Shown here: piece after piece, positions 1 through 20,328 of the stretch
Numbering within the stretch: position 1 is the first letter of the stretch
How the letters are laid out: each line of letters starts with the position of its first letter
Translations under genes and position numbers: made by a program
Source: the human T2T-CHM13v2.0 reference genome, Homo sapiens
Length of the DNA stretch: 64,000 bases
NCBI RefSeq assembly: GCF_009914755.1
Contig: NC_060928.1
Direction: 5' to 3' (one strand)
The notes under the pieces: model-generated
The model's input: the letters and a program-made list of their open reading frames with translations, nothing else
Database searches by the model: none
What the model was told of the DNA's origin: nothing

Positions 1-226
1 AAATGGCTGATATTGTGAAATGACAACTTGTATTATATTACATAAATTTCCCCTGCATTGTTATTGCTTTTTAAAAATGTGTAGTGTGGGAAACAAAAAT
101 GTGACCTTATTTCTTAAGTGAAGTTTTGCCACGTGTATCCATAGCTATTAGGTTTAAACTCTTCATGGTTCTTCTTTGGACAACTGCCTTTTACAAACTA
201 CAAGGCTGGTAATGCAGAATACATGA

Positions 227-1132
<906 letters not shown>

Positions 1133-1140
<8 letters not shown>

Positions 1141-1430
1141 TTTCTTTTGAGATCGAGTCTCTCTCTGTCACCCAGGCTGGAGTGCAGGGGCATGATCTTG
1201 GCTCACTGCAACCTCTGTCTCCTGGGTTCAAACAATTCTCCTGCCTCAGCCTCCCAAAGTAGCTGGGACTGCAGGCATGCACCACCATGCCCAGTTAATT
1301 TTTATATTTTCAGTAGAAGTGGGGTTTCGCCATGTTGGCCAGGCTGGTCTGGAACTCCTGGACTCAAGTGATCCTCCTGCCTTGGCCTTCAAAGTGCTGA
1401 GATTAGAGGCATGAGCCACTGCACCTGGCT
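1133..1430 (-). mobile_element. Alu, full length
   Basis: Canonical two-arm Alu with T-rich tail on + strand. Confidence 0.95.
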
Positions 1431-1514
1431 CACAAGTCTTTTTGCGCTACTAGAACTGGTCTTAAACCAGATGAACAAGATGATACTTTTATGATCTTTC
1501 CCCTTCACACTGCC

Positions 1515-3180
1515 ATTTCATTCACTCATTTATTCATATACCCATTCATTCATGCATTTAGGCCAGACACTGGGTGAGATGTTGAATATACTCTCAAAGA
1601 CGCATAGGCCAGTGGAAGAAATGGACAGTTAATCTAATGATTACAGCACAGTGAAGCAAGGGCTTTGAAGGGTGTATTGTGTGGAGGTTACTTGATGGCA
1701 GAGAAGGGGTGTGCAACAGGCTGAGAATTTTTGGTAAGGCTCCCAGGGGAGGTGAGATTTGAAGAACGAATAGTCTCTGGCTCAGAAATCCCTTGTCAGA
1801 GATGTATGTGCAAAGGCTGATCTTTGCACCAGACTTTATTTGAATGGCTCCACTTCCTGTTAGTGTTTCTTTGAACAACCACAAAAACAATAGTTTACTA
1901 TTCCCAGAATTGTGTTTAGTGCCTTGCATACATTATCTTACTTAAGTGTCACAACAGCCTCATGGTCTAGGTTCTGTTAGTGGTCCCAGTTTACACACAA
2001 AGAGCAGTGAAAGGGTAAGGCATGGGCGTCTTCCTATGCTCATGGAGTTGGGGTAAGGAGAGGATTTGAGATGAGGATACAGGTAGTCTGCTTCAAGAAA
2101 CGACTCTCTTTTTTTTTTGAGATGGAGTCTTGCTCTGTCACCCAGGCTGGAGTGCAGCAGCACAATCTTGGCTCACTGCAACTTCTACCTCCTGAGTTCA
2201 AGCAATCCTCCTGCCTCAGCCTCCCAAAGTGCTGGAATTGCAGGCATGAGCCACCACACCTGGCCTAAATGGCATAAGATTATTAAATAAAATGTTTTTT
2301 AAAAGATGGAGGAAAGGTACCTCTCATAAGTTCTTCCTGCTAACAAGACTGCATCTGCCACTTACTAGCTGGGTGATCTGGGCAAAATACATATCCTTCT
2401 ATCATTTATAAAAACAATAACAATACCTAGCCCATAGGGTTGTCATGAGAAATAAATAAACTAATATTTTTGAAAGTGCTTAGGCTAGCACCAGGAACAT
2501 AGTAAGTCTCGCTAAATTAAAAACAAAAAACAAAACCCAAAACACACACACACACAATTTCTGATATAGGGTAGGTGACATTCGAGCTGAGACTTGAAGA
2601 AATTTAATTTGCAGAAAAGGTGGGAAGGCATTCCAATTTCTAATTGGAAAAACAGCACTTGCAAACATATGGAGGCATAACAATAACAATAATAATAATA
2701 TCTATTGAATATGGACAATGCACCAGACCTTTTATATGCTGTGCCTAATTTAACCTTATCAGCAACTCTGCAATGTAGGTTTTATTATCATATAATATAG
2801 ATAAGGATGGTACAGGTGAGGAAGCTCAAGGACAGAAGTTAGGGTGGGTATTATTAGCTCTATAATATAGTTTAGAAAATTGGGAGGTAAAATGGTAAGA
2901 GGCAGAAATGGGCATACAGTTCCAAGTCCGGCTACAGATTTTGCTTGTGCTTGGAGATTTCAATTTCTCTTGGGTGTTGGGTGTAGGAGTCAAATTAGCA
3001 GAAAATAAGATAGACAGTGGGCCAGGAGCCAAATCTGGAAGACTTTTCTGGATCATTTTAATTTTAAGGAATGTGGAGTTAATTCTTTAGATAATGAGGA
3101 GCTACTGAGGAATTTGGCCTCTGAGGGGCAAGAAAAGTTTTGCATTTTCAAACAATGGCAGTCTAGACTGCATAGTGAAG
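1515..3180. mobile_element. Degraded L2 and MIR fragments with an internally deleted Alu (2109-2266, -)
   Basis: CATTCATT L2 end motif; MIR core (GCCACTTACTAGCTGGGTGATCTGGGCAA); Alu arms fused at CCTGCCTCAGCCTCCCAAAGTGCTGG. Confidence 0.6.
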
Positions 3181-3208
3181 AAGGGATTTTTAAACAACAG
3201 GCTGGCTT

Positions 3209-3785
3209 GACCCAATAATTCCACTATTATTGGGAATACACCCAAGAGAAGTGAAAAGAGGTATTCAACAAAAATGTGTATGTGAATGTTCTTTCAGAGC
3301 AGCATTATTCATAATAGTCAAAAGGTGGAAGCACCCAAAATATTTATCAAATAATGAATAAACAAAATATAAGATAGCCATACAATGGAATATTATTTGA
3401 CCAGAAAAAGCAAAGTTTTCTTTTTATTTTTTGTAGAGAATTACTGATACATACCACAGCATGGATGAACCTTGAAAACATTATGCTACATACAAGAAGC
3501 CAGTCACAAAAATCCTAATATTATATGATTCTATCTATATAAAATGTCCAGAATAGGCATATCTATAGAGATAGAAATTAGGTTTGTGATTGCCTAAGGC
3601 TAGAAAGCATAGGGTGTCAGGATCATAGGTAAGTGGTAAGTGATTTCTTTTTGAGGTGATGGAAATGTTCTAATATTGACAACTCTGTGAATATCTTAAA
3701 AACCATTGAATTGTATGTTTCAAATGGGTGAGTTGTATGTCAATTATATCTCAATAAAACTATTACCAAAAATAAATAAATAAAA
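3209..3785 (+). mobile_element. Ancient L1 (L1MB/L1ME-type) 3' end
   Basis: GCAGCATTATTCATAATAG...CATACAATGGAATATTATT...AATTATATCTCAATAAA plus A-rich tail. Confidence 0.85.
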
Positions 3786-3905
3786 TAGGCTGAATACCAG
3801 CATTTAGGAGAGAAGGGTTGGTGGGGAGGAACTAACACTGTGAATGAGCCTACCAAATGACAGGCAAAGAATCAGGCGTTCACATGGCTTCTCGCATGTA
3901 GCTGA

Positions 3906-4246
<341 letters not shown>

Positions 4247-4595
4247 GCAATAAGATTTTTTAAAATCTTCAGTTCATAAAAGTGTAAAACAGAGTTCATT
4301 GTAATTTCAAAATCTTTGCGCTTGGCATTTTCCAGAACACTCTGCTTCTATAAGGCTCCCTCTCAAGACAACTTATTTATTTAGCCCTCTCTTGGGTTCT
4401 TATTTATTGCTCATTTCTTATCCTATTCTAATTTCAATTGTCTCTCCAGGCTCTTTTCTAGGTCATTACCCTATTCAAATATTTTAATATATTCATTCAG
4501 ACTTCCATATTTCTAGATAAAACCCTCTGATACTCTGCTAAAAGAGGTTTTGGTTTATTTTCATACAGCTTGCAAAATAACTTTCTATTGTCCTT

Positions 4596-5009
4596 TGTGA
4601 AAGTTGCCAGTACCTAAATGAAGTCACTTATGTAAAACACGAAAAAGATGGAGCCAGGAGGCCATAAAGGAAGGGCCCTCATGCACGTATACCTATGACA
4701 GAGATATCCAAAGAACTCCTCAAAACCACAACATTGCAAACAAGTTGCTGCACAAAGACATTTTCCTAACAATGGGTGTATCCATCAATAAGTTAATACC
4801 AACTCCTGCAACAAGCCCCTGTGACCAATGGTCTTTGAAAGCAAATTACCTGGATTTGTCTTTTTTTTTTTAAAAAAGCTTTCCTTTGCCCCAGTCTCTT
4901 TTGGTGGACCCATATGGCTCTGCCATGGCACAAGTATCATGAATTGCAATTCCTTGCAATAAACTCTTTGTTTTGGAGAGCCCGTCTCTCTGTTATTGTA
5001 GTTGAGACC
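4596..5009 (+). mobile_element. Solo ERV1 LTR, MER67-like
   Basis: Starts TGTGAAAGTTGCCAG...GAAGTCACTTATGT; AATAAA near 4958; subfamily from memory. Confidence 0.6.
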
Positions 5010-5548
5010 TAAGTATGAATAGGTCCAGCATTCTTTGATCACACTTCTTTCCTTCCAGACTCTGCGTGCCATTCATGGTGAAATAATTACAATACAGTGT
5101 TAACAGGTAATAGGAATTATACCTGATTTTCCCTCCCCTTACTATGCTCTAAGCTCTTTACATATATTATCTCGCAGAGGAACTCAAAAATATTTGTGGG
5201 ATGAATGTTACGTTTGAAGAAGTGGAGGGTGAATCGGGGAAGACTTTATGTAGGAGGACATATTTGAGCTGAGTCACTGAGAACTGGTAAAAGTTTAATG
5301 CAGATAGTGGCAGAGAAGAGCACTGAGGACTAAGCAACACGTTAGAGAGGAACTGAGGTCAAGATCATTGATATTAAGATAAGCTTCAATTCAATTGCTG
5401 GCTGAGCCTCTCTCTAACCATGTGACCTCAGTAATTCCTTAACTCTTCTGGGCCTGAGTGCCCTCAACTATAGCATAGGATGGACAGAACATGTCTTTTA
5501 GAGGTATTGTAGAAAGAGCTTAGAAAACTGTTAAGTACAAAGTTCTAA

Positions 5549-5881
<333 letters not shown>

Positions 5882-6411
5882 CTGAACATTTTTCTTAAGC
5901 TTCACATGAGATTTTGTAGACCTCTCCTCCTGCTGGTGAGATGCTTTAGTGGGTAGTAAACACACGGCATGGGGAAATGCATCATTTTTAGTAGACAGAA
6001 AGCACTCAATAGTTGTAGCTACTATTACTATAGTTCATAGTGATTGTTTGGTTAGAATGAATGAAAGGGATCAGTGATGGTTTAGAGACAAGATAAGACA
6101 AAACAAAACAACAGCTGATTAGAGTGAAAGGTGCTTTGTGACATGTTAAGGGATTATGGCTTAATGCTTTAGGTCAGGATAAAAAACTCAAGGAGTCTTC
6201 AGCGGCCAGGATTAGATGATAAATGAATGAAACAAGCAGATTACTAGAAAATGGTGTTAAATTGACTGGACACACCTTGTGTACTTATTAATAAGTTGGA
6301 GTGGTCTTTACTCCTCAGAGAAATCTGTATTTTTCTTTTTTTTTAATACATTACCATTTCAAGTCTATCTTTTGCTGTCCCCATTTTAATGGAAATGTAG
6401 GTGTAAGATTA

Positions 6412-6760
<349 letters not shown>

Positions 6761-6868
6761 AGTGACGCTAAATGTCAACTGACACTCAGTTGGACAGTGG
6801 CTGGACAGTAGGACATGATGGGGATGTCCTAAACTGGAGAAACAGGTCCCATCTAAAAAGGCAGGTCT

Positions 6869-7066
6869 GGGTCGGGCACGGTGGCTCGTGCTTGTAATCT
6901 TGTTAGGTTGGTGCGAAAGTAATCATGGTTTTTGCCATTAAAAATAATTATTTATTGTGAGGCTGAGGCAGGGGATTGCTTGAGGCTGGGAGTTCAAGAC
7001 CGACCTGGCCAACATAGCAAGACCCTGTCTTTATATTAAAAAAAAGTACAATTAAAAAAAAAAAAA
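6869..7066 (+). mobile_element. Alu left monomer (FLAM-like) interrupted by a MADE1 fragment
   Basis: GGGTCGGGCACGGTGGCTC...TGTAATC / GAGGCTGAGGCAGGGGATTGCTTGAG...; TSD AAAAAGGCAG. Confidence 0.85.
6903..6940 (+). mobile_element. Half MADE1 / solo Hsmar1 TIR
   Basis: TTAGGTTGGTGCGAAAGTAATCATGGTTTTTGCCATTA resembles the MADE1 arm TTAGGTTGGTGCAAAAGTAATTGCGGTTTTTGCCATTA. Confidence 0.9.
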
Positions 7067-7182
7067 GGCAGCTCTGGCCAACTGTGGCCTTGTGGGAATA
7101 CAGGCCTAATATTGTCAGATTTTCAGTTTCTAAAGAAAAAAATATGGACTTGTGTGTGAGTGATGTGTCAAGATTTTTAAAC

Positions 7183-7974
<792 letters not shown>

Positions 7975-8421
7975 TCATTTTCTTTTTAAACTAATCATTG
8001 TGGAGGCAAAGCAAGATGTGTCTGTGGTCCACATTTGACCCAAGGGCCACCAGTTTGCAACCTTGGTGCAGGGGAGGAAAGTCACTGAAGCCACTTGAGG
8101 GTTAAGTCACAGGAGCAGATTTACATCTCTGAAAAAGCACTTACAGTGAAAGTGTAGACTGTATTAGAATTTAAAATGTATTTCTTTTTTTCTTTCTTTC
8201 TTTTTTTTTTTTTGTCTGAAGGAACATCCAACATTCCTTTAAACTACTCAAATTTCAGAATTCCCAACATTACTTTGGTTTTTAAAATTTTAATCTGAGG
8301 TGACATGGTCAATACTTGTGATTCCAGGAAGAAGGAGAATGAGGAATCAAGCATGACCCCAAGGTTTCTGCTCTGAGTGGTGCCATTAACGAAATCAAAG
8401 AACGTGGAAGGGAGAAGTTTA

Positions 8422-8853
<432 letters not shown>

Positions 8854-9240
8854 CTACCTCAGAAGTGGAAAGTTTAAAACCTAAGCTTTTCTGCACTGGG
8901 GGATCAAGAAGGACTTCCCAGAAGAGGGGCTACCTAAATTCAGCACTGATGTGTGAATCAGAGGCTCAGAGGGCATTCAGTGTGGCTGTTTCTTCATTAA
9001 CTCAGGAAGAGTCCACAGAGGCAGACCTGTACCCACCCCTCACTTGCTCCTACTCCTTCGTTCCCTGTGTAGTCTGAATTCACTCACCTTTCGGTCTTGC
9101 CTGTCTTTCCTGTCTTACTCTAATTGGGACTCAACATTCCTTAAGCAACTCGGAATCTTCTTAGGAAGCCCCAGGCCCCCACAATACAACCTCGCATTAA
9201 ATCTGGGGAGGGCCTGGGAAAATTCAATCCTATAGGAATT

Positions 9241-9990
9241 GTGTTAATCTGTTAGGGCTGCTGTAACACAGTATCACAGACTGGGTGGCTTCAACAACAG
9301 AAATATATTTCCTCACAGTTCTGAAGTCTGGAAGTCCAAGATTAAGACATCACCAGGGTTGATTTCTGAGGCCTCTTGTCTTGGCTTGTAGGTGGCCATC
9401 TTCTCCCCCTGCCTTTACATGGTCTTCTCTCTGTATGTCTGTGTCCTAGTCGCCTCTTCTTATAAGGACACCGGTCAGAATGTTAGGGCCCACCCTGGCG
9501 ATCTCTGTATTTGTCACCTCTCATGCTGCTAATAAAGACATACCTGAGACTGGGTAATTTATAAAGAAAAAGAGGTTTAATGGACTCACAATTCCACATG
9601 GCTGGGGAGCCCTCACAATCATGGTGGAAGGCCAAGGATGAGAAAGGCATGTCTTACATGGCGGCAGGCAAGATAGACCATGTAGAGGGGAACTCCCCTT
9701 TGTAAAACCATCAGATCTTGTGAGATTTATTCACTATCATGAGAACAGTATGGGAAAGTCCTGCCCCCATGATTCAATTACCTCCCACCGGGTCCTTCCC
9801 ACAACATGGGAACTGTGGGAGCTACAATTCAAGATGAGATGTGGGTGGGGACACAGCCAAATCATTTCAACCTCATTTTACCTTAGTTACCTCTTTAAAA
9901 GCCTTATCTTCAAATAGTCACATTCTGAGGTAATGGGGGTTAGGATTTAAATATATGAATTTTGGGGGGATATAATTCCAGCCACAACAG
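9241..9990 (-). mobile_element. MLT1A-type MaLR LTR, split by THE1
   Basis: GGCTGCTGTAACA...ACAACAGAAA...CTCACAGTTCTG and CACATTCTGAGGTA...ATATGAATTTTGGGGG MLT1 motifs. Confidence 0.8.
9506..9869 (-). mobile_element. THE1 solo LTR (MaLR)
   Basis: GCTGCTAATAAAGACATACCTGAGACTGGGTAATTTATAAAG...GGGGACACAGCCAAA; 5-bp TSD ATCTC/ACCTC. Confidence 0.92.
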
Positions 9991-10599
9991 GAGCCTCATA
10001 GGGTAACACTTGATTAAATGAGTCCCCCAGTTGCTCTTTTCTCAATTCGGAATTTGCCAGCCAAATATAATTTTTCTTTTTCCAAGCCTCCCTGATATTG
10101 TGAAGTTTTTGGATCTACCCTTGCTCTAACAGGTCTTAGAAGATCATGACCTCACAGAGCATTCCCCTCCCTTGATGGCTGGACAAGGTGGACCACTTCC
10201 CTCCCACCTGTAAGTCACTCAGGAGCAATGACATCTTTCAGCATGGTGAGCTCAGCCTATTACAGTCAGGGACATGAAAAGTATAAGCCCTAAAGAACAG
10301 TGACTTTGTTTTGTTTCTATTCTGAGGTGTTTTGAAATAATTCTGGGAATAACTAGCAATCCTTTCTTGCAACGTGGCAGAATGAAGAAGCACATGAATG
10401 ACCACGACCTCCTAAAATTTTTCTCTGGCTTTAAAAATCACCCATATTTTACCCATGTAATTCACTGATGTTTAAGGACACAGGCCCTTTCTTTGAATGA
10501 CTGTAAAACAAAATGATTTTGGTAGAAATGAGAGCAGACTTATCAAGTACTATGGCCTTCTGGTTTGGACTAACTGCCATCTAGCACTGCAAATGAAGC

Positions 10600-10800
10600 A
10601 TCAGTTTACTGGGTACTCACTGCAGAGGGGCATTATGCTAAGCAGCTTGCATTCATTATGTCTTTTAATTCTCACAACCACCTTGCTGCATTATTTTCAT
10701 TTTACAGATGAGGAAATTGATGTTCAAAGAAGTGGGTGACTCACCCAAAGACACAACCCAGTGAAATGTGAAATGCAGGATTCTAACTCAAGCCCATTTC
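10600..10800 (-). mobile_element. MIR
   Basis: CATTTTACAGATGAGGAAATTGA core. Confidence 0.8.
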
Positions 10801-11045
10801 AATTAAAACACTGTTTTGTTTCTTCCATGACAACCTGCACATTAAGTCTGTATTCTTTATCTCCTTATTTACTCATTTAATGTTCACAGAGCATCGCCAA
10901 GTATGGAAAACTGTTCTAGGTATTGGTTATTTGGAGATAAAGCATTTTATCTGCTGCATCTGGGTAATGTGATACTAAGTAAATCAAGACTAGTAGTTGC
11001 CAAAATTTTATTGTGCACTCCTTTAAGTTAAAAAAAAATATTGTG

Positions 11046-12098
<1,053 letters not shown>

Positions 12099-12599
12099 TA
12101 AATTACAGTTTTTAAATTAAAGTTTTAAGAATCTCTTCATGGACACCAAACAGGTATTGCATACCGCACTTTGGAGATCATTTGGAGAATAGCAAGCCCA
12201 TAATATTTCTACTTTACTTTTGAGGAATTCACATTCCAGTTGATATTTACTCTTTTGTTGGTACATGTTACATACAGAGGCATCTAGGGTTGCCTGGGAT
12301 ATCAGGAAAAACTACGAAACAGGTGATGTTTGCATTGAGTCTCAAAGAATGAGTCAGAGTGGTGTCAAGTGGAAAAGAGGAAGTTCATTTCATGCAGAAA
12401 GAATAGCATGTAGAAAATCATGGAGTTGTGAAGGCCTCTTGGGTAGGAGATTAATAAAAAATTTAGTGCATGACTAGAACACTGGGTGTGGGGGACACAC
12501 AGCTGGTGAGGCGGTTTGTGCTCAGATAGTGCCATGCTAAGGTCGTGAACATTATACTTTTGGTAACAGGGAAACTTTGAAAGTAAGCTGAGCCTCAAA

Positions 12600-12967
<368 letters not shown>

Positions 12968-13475
12968 CTAATTCAGTGGCAAGGGTGTGTGAGGAGAAAA
13001 TGGACTCATGATCTGTAACTGATAGCTTAGATAGAAAGGATTTTATTGTTGAATAGGTGTGGGTATGAGGAAGAGGGAGAAATGGAGGAAGAATCCAGGA
13101 TTTCTCCTTCAGGAATGGAGGAGGGAGTGACTCCCGTGGCTGAGATGGGATTCTGTTGGAGAACCAGGTTTTGGGGAGCAGGTGGTAGAGTGAAAGAAGC
13201 ACAACTCCTGGAACCAGAGCTATCTAGGTTTAAATCCCTGCTGCATCACTCTCTGCCAAGAGTGATCTTAAGCAATGTTCTCTCACCTACACTTTTCTCA
13301 CTCATACAGCTGGGCTAACATTGATTTTGTAAGGTTGGAGAAGATTAAATGAGATTTTTATTGATATGCTCTTCCATCCACCTGTACCTTGCATCAAGTA
13401 TTGCCTACCCAGGGCACTAGAGTGACATAGGAGAGTCAAGGATGATTTAGCCTACTAAAATTAGCAGATTACTGA

Positions 13476-13546
13476 TTTCCATGTTTTGTACATAAAATAA
13501 CAGTACAGATGACCTTGTTTCCATGTTTTGTACATAAAATAACAGT
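13476..13546. repeat. Perfect 29-bp direct repeat with 13-bp spacer
   Basis: TTTCCATGTTTTGTACATAAAATAACAGT at 13476-13504 and 13518-13546. Confidence 0.97.
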
Positions 13547-13852
13547 CCCAAACAAGCTTCAGCCCAGGGGAAGCAAAACATCAGGAGAGGAGAATAAGAT
13601 AATAAGAGACTAAGAGAAAGAGCAGTCCCCTAACCATCTTTTGCTTTTGCTCCCCAGCCCAATGGGTGAAACAATTTCAGTGTTGGCCAATAACCATCAA
13701 AAGATTAGAACCTGGGAAGAGAGATGCTCAGAGTTTTGCTTGGGGACAGGTGGGGGGTTAAAAGCAGGGAGTGATAGGGACCAGATTATAAAACCCAAAG
13801 CTCTCCCTTCCCCTTCAATCATCCCCCTACATGAACTGCAGGCTTACCAGTC

Positions 13853-14565
13853 TATGTGTATGTGTATGTGTATGTGTACGTATGTGTGTATGCATGCGTA
13901 TGCACGTGTGTATGTGTATGTGTGTATGTATGTGTATGCACGTGTGTATGTGTGTATGTATGTGTATGCACGTGTGTGTGTGTATGTATGTGTATGCATG
14001 TGTGTATGTATGTGTATGCACGTGTGTGTGTATGTGTGTGTATGTATGTGTATGCACGTGTGTATGTGTGTGTATGTATGTGTATGCACGTGTGTATGTG
14101 TGTATGTATGTGTATGCACGTGTGTATGTGTGTATGTATGTGTATGTGTGTATGTGTATGTATATGTGTCTGTATGTGTATGTGTGTGTGTCTGTGTGTG
14201 TATGTGTCTGCGTGTGTATGCGTATGTGTGTATGTGTATAAGTGTATATGTGTATGTGTATATGTGTATGTGTATGTGTGTAGATGTGTATGCATGTGTA
14301 TATGTGTGTGTATGTGTGTATGTTTATGCATGTGTATGTGTGTATGTTGTGCATGTGTGTGTATATATGTATATGTGTGTATGTGTGTGTATGTGTATAT
14401 GTGTATGTTTATGTGCGTGTATGTTGTGCATGTGTATGTGTGTATATATGTGTATGTGTGTATATATGTGTATGTGTGTATGTTTATGTGCGTGTGTGTG
14501 TATGTTGTGCATGTGTATGTGTGTATGTGTGTGTCTGTGCGTGTGTGTGTGTGTGTGTGTGTATG
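13853..14565. repeat. ~710-bp complex (TG/TATG)n satellite with higher-order units
   Basis: Nearly uninterrupted purine-pyrimidine alternation; seven CACGTG copies in the left half. Confidence 0.97.
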
Positions 14566-14782
14566 AAAGGATACTGGCTGAGATCTGGGGATGTGATGAG
14601 CCCAAAGGAATAGGAGAAAAATGAGATATTTGAGGACTACAAGTACTATGAGAGAAAGACCATAAACTGAACAATTTATATGCTAGAAAACAGAATTAAT
14701 TTGCCAAATAGAACAAGAAATTAAAATAAGGATAATAATATGAAAGAGATAAATAAATAGAATAGAAGCATGAAGCAGCAGT

Positions 14783-16425
<1,643 letters not shown>

Positions 16426-16680
16426 CTCTCTGACCTTAAGCTTATATTTTGTGGTTTGTTTACTTTTGGATCTGAAATCATTTGGCTATTGATTGTAAGG
16501 ACTAGAGTGATCAAGTCCTCAAACTTGCCATCAACATTATTGGATTCTAAATTGACTTTTAAATTCTGCACCGTACTAGTTGATTTGTAATAATGCAGGA
16601 CAAACTATGGGAGAATGATTTCCCCTGGTACCCTATGGCAACATGTCAGTGGAGTTGGATGCTCTGATATTTCAGTTACT

Positions 16681-17183
16681 TCTATTAGTTTCCTGTGGCT
16701 GCTGTACCAAATGACCATAAACTTGGTGAGCTTAAGAAGAACAAATAGTGAATTTATGATCTCACAGATCTACAGGTCAGAAGTCCAAGATCAGTATCAC
16801 TGGGCCATAATCAAGGTGTTGGCAGGGCTTCACTGTCTCCGGAGGTTGTAGGGGACAATCTGTCCATTGGTTCCTCCAGCTTCTGGTGGTTGCTGACATT
16901 CCCTGGCTTATGGCCACATCACTCCAGGCATCAAGGCCAGCACCTTCAAATTTCTCTCTGCTCTGTCTTCTTAACACCTTCCCTTCTCTGTGTCTGTGTT
17001 AAATCTCCCTCTGCCTCCCTGTTGTAAGGATACATATGATTGCATTTAGATTCCACTCAGATAAACCAAGGTAATCTCTCTATCTCTCAATCCTTAATTA
17101 AAGGACCTTAATCTAACATAAAATTTACAGGCTCTATGGAGGAAGATCTGATATCTTTGGGTGGCCATTATTCAGCCTACTGA
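16681..17183 (-). mobile_element. MLT1D-type MaLR LTR
   Basis: TATTAGTTTCCTGTGGCTGCTGTA...GGCCATTATTCAGCCTAC termini. Confidence 0.8.
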
Positions 17184-17625
17184 AGTACTTTACTTAGTAT
17201 TTGCAGAGTTTTCAAATTGTATGTGATGCAAGCCACAGGGCCCTTCTTCCTGGACATTTTTTTTTTTTTCATGAGAGACAATGAATAAACTTGGGGGAAG
17301 CACAGGTTTTCAAATACGTTCCTTTAAGATCAAATAAGCCCTACACATGTCAGAATCCTTTTCTTCCTTCCTTGGAATACCAAACAGTTGGAAATTTGGC
17401 ATTGTGTATCTGTAGCTTATGAATAGATGGAAACTGTATGCTCAGTCAATTTAACTGATATTGCAAGTTGCCAGGTAACACTACTTGCATTTCCCCTGCC
17501 TTCAACAGAATAGATTTGCTTAAAATAGTTATTTCCCAAAGGGGTGTATCTTGCATCCTGTTTTTCTGGCAATGTGTAATTTTGGAATACACAGATACAA
17601 TTGATTAGGACAGTGACACAATGTC

Positions 17626-18208
17626 TGTGATAGATACTGAAGAATGGCCCATTCAGTTCTGTTCCACTCTCCTTCCAGAGTTATTATATAAACTTTGGGC
17701 TGGAAAGGTGAGAACTACGTTGACCTGTCTATCTAGAACCTGGATGCAAATTAGGTTCTGTCTATTAGATGCAGTCATGATGCATTTGGAAGGAGCAAGG
17801 CAGCTGGAGGCCATCTTCCTGCCCTTTTTGGCTCTTTTCTTATAGCTAGCAGATTTTTCTGCAGCAGCTTCTTATTGTCTATTCTTCTGCTTTGTGGGTA
17901 TTGACACACAGTTGTGGCAGAGGCACCAGCAGTAGTGGCAGTGATTTGATTCTAGCATCCTCATTTCTGTATCATAGCTGTAGTGTTATGCTTTTGACTT
18001 GCTCCAGTGGTAGCCTCAGAGATAGCTCAGAGTTAGTAGATCCATTCTATAATATTCCAGGAATCATTCTTAAAGACTCAGCCTAGAGCCCTTTGCACAA
18101 GTCATTCCAAAAATTTTCTTAAGACCCAATTCTTTGTATTCAATTTCTTTCTGCTTAAAATATCTACAGTGATTTGGGTGGATGTTTTCCTGAATACTGA
18201 CTGACACA
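17626..18208 (+). mobile_element. Old ERVL LTR, LTR33-like
   Basis: TG start; 3' end TTTCTGCTTAAAATATCTACAGTG...CTGACTGACACA typical of LTR33/LTR16 (recalled). Confidence 0.5.
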
Positions 18209-18368
18209 CTGTCAAGGGATGTGGAGGTACAAGAGGTCAATGCTTCAATTCTATTTCAATATTCTATAAACTTAGGTCCTAATTTTTAGGAAACGTATTT
18301 CATTATTTTCCATAATACCTTCCCTGTTTTCTTGCCATTTGCAAAACCTTAAATAAAATATAAGATGA

Positions 18369-19606
<1,238 letters not shown>

Positions 19607-20025
19607 TCATTAAAATTGACCAAAAAAAGTCACCATTAATTACTTTATGCTAAACTTTACTCTTTAGGTATATCTTGGAGTATGGGGCAGGGTGGGGTGG
19701 TGGTGGACAATCTTATGCAGATTTATGTTGAAATGCTAGCAATCGTTCAGTTTATATTAGACTGGGCTTGGAACTAATAACTAATATGAAATTGGCATAT
19801 GGTTGAACATAAAGTTAAGTGAAAAGCTAGCTAGCCGTCAGTAGAGGGCAAGGGTTCTAGAGGCAGGTAAGCATCTTAAGTAGTAGTGTGTGCTAAAACT
19901 AAAGTTTAAATTTAGACAGTGAGTTTCTAAAGCACTGAGGGCTTGACAGATTCAGTATTGAAGGCAATACTTCCAGAATTGTGTGAGACATTTTCAGCCA
20001 ATGAATGAACAACATCCCACCATTC

Positions 20026-20328
<303 letters not shown>

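Noticed and set aside
13476-13546. CRISPR-like repeat-spacer
   Set aside because: Only two repeats, a 13-bp spacer, eukaryotic context and no cas genes
13641-14674. Longest ORFs (327, 236, 175 aa; Cys/Val/Met- or His/Thr-rich)
   Set aside because: Translations of the TG/TA satellite, open in most frames because the repeat lacks stop codons
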